Positions 61,127-64,000 of a stretch of DNA of 64,000 nt are shown here, piece after piece. The stretch's first letter is position 1; each line of letters begins with the position of its first letter. The DNA lies in contig NC_086097.1 in NCBI RefSeq assembly GCF_963921235.1, positions 150,042,001 to 150,106,000 on the forward strand, read 5' to 3'. The stretch is from Mobula hypostoma (Eukaryota). A program made the translations under genes and the position numbers. A model generated the notes under the pieces. The model searched no databases, was not told the DNA's origin, and worked only from the letters and a program-made list of their open reading frames with translations.

Positions 61127-63658
61127 TAACCATATAACCATACAACCATATAACAATCACAGCACGGAAACAGGCCATCTCGGCCATTCTAGTCCGTGCC
61201 GAACTCTTACTCTCACCTAGTTCCACCGACCTGCACTCAGCCCATAACCCTCCATTCCTTTCCTGTCCATATAGCTATCCAATTTAACTTTAAGTGACAA
61301 CATCAAACCTGCCTCAACCACTTCTGCTGGAAGCTCATTCCACACAGCTACCACTCTCTGAGTGAAGAAGTTCCCCCTCATGTTATCCCTAAACTTTTGC
61401 CCTTTAACTCTCAAATCATGTCCTCTTGTTTGAATCTCCCCACTCTCAATGGAAAAAGCCTATCCACGTCAACTCTATCTATCCCCCTCATAATTTTAAA
61501 TATCTCTATCAAATCCCCCCTCAACCTTCTACGCTCCAAAGAATAAAGACCTAACTTGTTCAACCTTTCTCTGTAACTTAGGTGATGAAACCCAGGTAAC
61601 ATTCTAGTAAATCTCCTCTGTACTCTCTCAATTTTATTGACATCTTTCCTATAATTCGGTGACCACAACTGTACACAATACTCCAAATTTGGCCTAACCA
61701 ATGCCTTATACAATCTCAACATTACATCCCAACTCCTATTCTCAATGCTCTGATTTATAAAGGCCAGCATACCAAAAGCTTTCTTCACCACCCTATCCAC
61801 AGGAGATTCCTCCTTCAGGGAACTATGCACCATTATGCCTAGATCCCTCTGTTCTACTGCATTCTTCAATGCCCAACCATTTACCATGTATGTCCTATTT
61901 TGATTAGTCCTACCGAAATGTAGCACCTCACATTTATCAGCATTAAACTCCATCTGCCATCTTTCGGCCCACTCTTCTAAGAGGTTTAAATCTCTCTGCA
62001 AGCTTTGAAAACCTACTTCATTATCCACAACTCCACCTATCTTAGTATCATCTGCATACTTACTAATCCAATTTACCACCCCATCATCCAGATCATTAAT
62101 ATATATGACAAACAACATTGGACCCAGTACAGATCCCTGAGGCACACCACTAGACACTGTCCTCCAATCTGACACACAGTTATCCACCACTACTCTCTGG
62201 CGTCTCCCATCCAGCCACTGCTGAATCCATTTTACTACTTCGAAATTAATACCTAACGATTGAACCTTCCTAACTAACCTTTCGTGTGGAACCTTGTCAA
62301 AGGCCTTACTGAAGTCCATATAGACAACATCCACCACTCTACCCTCGTCAACTTTCCTAGTAACCTCATCAAAAATTCAATAAGATTTGTCAAACATGAC
62401 CTTCCACGCACAAATCCATGTTGACTGTTCCTAATCAGACCCTGTCTATCCAGATAATTATATATACCATCTCTAAGAATACTTTCCATCAATTTACTCA
62501 CCACTGACATCAAACTCACAGGCCGATAATTGCTAGGTTTACTCTTAGAACCCTTTTTAAACAATGGAACAACATGAGCAATATGCCAATCCTCCGGCAC
62601 CATCCCCGTTTCTAACGACGTTTGAAGTATTTCTGTCAGAGCCCCTGCTATTTCCACACTAACTTCCCTCAAGGTCCTAGGGAATATCCTGTCTGGACCC
62701 AGAGACTTATCCACTTTTATATTCCTTAAAAGTGCCAGTACTTCCACTTCTTTAATCGTCATACTTTCCATAACTACCCTTCTTGTTTGCCTTACCATAC
62801 ACAATTCAATATCCTTCTCCTTAGTGAATACCGAAGAAAAGAAATTGTTCAAAATCTCCCCAACTCTTTTGGCTCCACACATAGCCGTCCACTCTGATTC
62901 TCTAAGGGACCAATTTTATCCCTCACTATCCTTTTGCTATTAATATAACTGTAGAAACCCTTTGGATTTATTTTCACCTTACTTGCCAAAACAGCCTCAT
63001 ATCTTCTTTTAGCTTTTCTAATTTCTTTCTTAAGATTCTTTATACATTCTTTATATTCCTTGAGTACCTCATTTACTCCTAGCTGCCTATATTTATTGAA
63101 GATCCCTCTCTTTTTCCAAATCAAGTTTCCTATATCCCTTGAAAACCATGGCTCTCTCAAACTTTTAACCTTTCCTTTCAACCTAACAGGAACATAAAGA
63201 TCCTGTACCCTTAAAATTTCACCTTTAAATGACCTCCATTTCTCTACTACACCCTTCCCATAAAACAAATTGTCCCAATCCACTCCTTCTAAATCCTTTT
63301 GCATCTCCTCAAAGTTAGCCTTTCTCTAATCAAAAATCTCAACCCTGGGTCCAGTCCTATCCTTCTCCATAATTATACTGAAACTAAAGGTATTGTGATC
63401 ACTGGACCCAAAGTGCTCCCCAACACATACCTCTGTCACCTGCCCTATCTCATTCCCTAACAGGAGATCCAACACTGCCCCTTCTCTAGTTGGTACCTCT
63501 ATGTATTGCTGCAAAAAACTATCTTGCACACATTTTACAAACTCCAAACCATCCAGCCCCTTTGCAAAATGAGCTTCCCAGTCAGTGTGTGGAAAATTAA
63601 AATCTCCCACAATCACAACCTTGTGCTTACTACAAATATCTGCTATCTCCTTACAAAT
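61127..63658 (-). mobile_element. CR1 LINE, 5'-truncated within the endonuclease
   Basis: VGDFNFP, SDHN, NYRPVSL, KYADD; (TTATATGG)n tail. Confidence 0.96.
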
Positions 63659-64000
63659 ACTTCTTGAAGAAGTATATCTCTGCAAGCCACGTTCTTCCAG
63701 TTCCAAGAGAGTGTTGCTACTGAGTGAAATGTTACTGTAATGTCAGGAATAGGAGGGATGGTGCTTCCAGTGGGTCTGAGGGAACAGTACCTCAGTCTTC
63801 AGAAGCTACATTGTTCAAGTCCGTGGAGGTCTAATTTGCAAGGGAGTTCCTGTGAAGACCTGAGCCCAGCCTATGAATGCTTCACTTTGCAGAAGCTAGC
63901 AATGCAGGCATAGTCCCATGCTTGCTTTGCCTTCTCTTTTGGGATGAAAAATAAGTAAATACAGTCTACTATTCATAAGTAGAGATTCTGACCTAAATGC

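Noticed and set aside
1..64000. CRISPR arrays, rRNA, intact tRNA genes or prokaryotic operons
   Set aside because: None seen; recurring short repeats are dispersed retroposon copies, and tRNA-like segments are SINE heads or a PBS

Overview
Eukaryotic, transposon-saturated non-coding DNA. The repeat landscape (many CR1 families, Rex1/Babar, RTE, Penelope, tRNA-SINEs) suggests a cartilaginous fish; this is inference only. No host gene is recognisable, and only a few candidate plus-strand micro-exons were seen. Main contents: (1) about ten CR1 LINE copies, two reaching into ORF1 (SGNH esterase); (2) Rex1/Babar, RTE, L1 and Tx1-like fragments and non-autonomous derivatives; (3) a decayed Tf1/sushi-type chromovirus (23947-28885, -) with a visible self-priming signature; (4) a young Gmr1-type SCAN-gag LTR element (37633-42573, -) whose pol is collapsed by repeated frame-preserving deletions, plus a solo LTR of the same family; (5) a hAT/Charlie MITE carrying a CR1 tail; (6) six short Penelope pLTR insertions carrying a whole or partial minimal hammerhead-ribozyme motif, four with clean TSDs; (7) an HDV/CPEB3-like ribozyme candidate in an RTE-derived element. 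Family names come from motif recognition, not database searches. Boundaries without a TSD are approximate.
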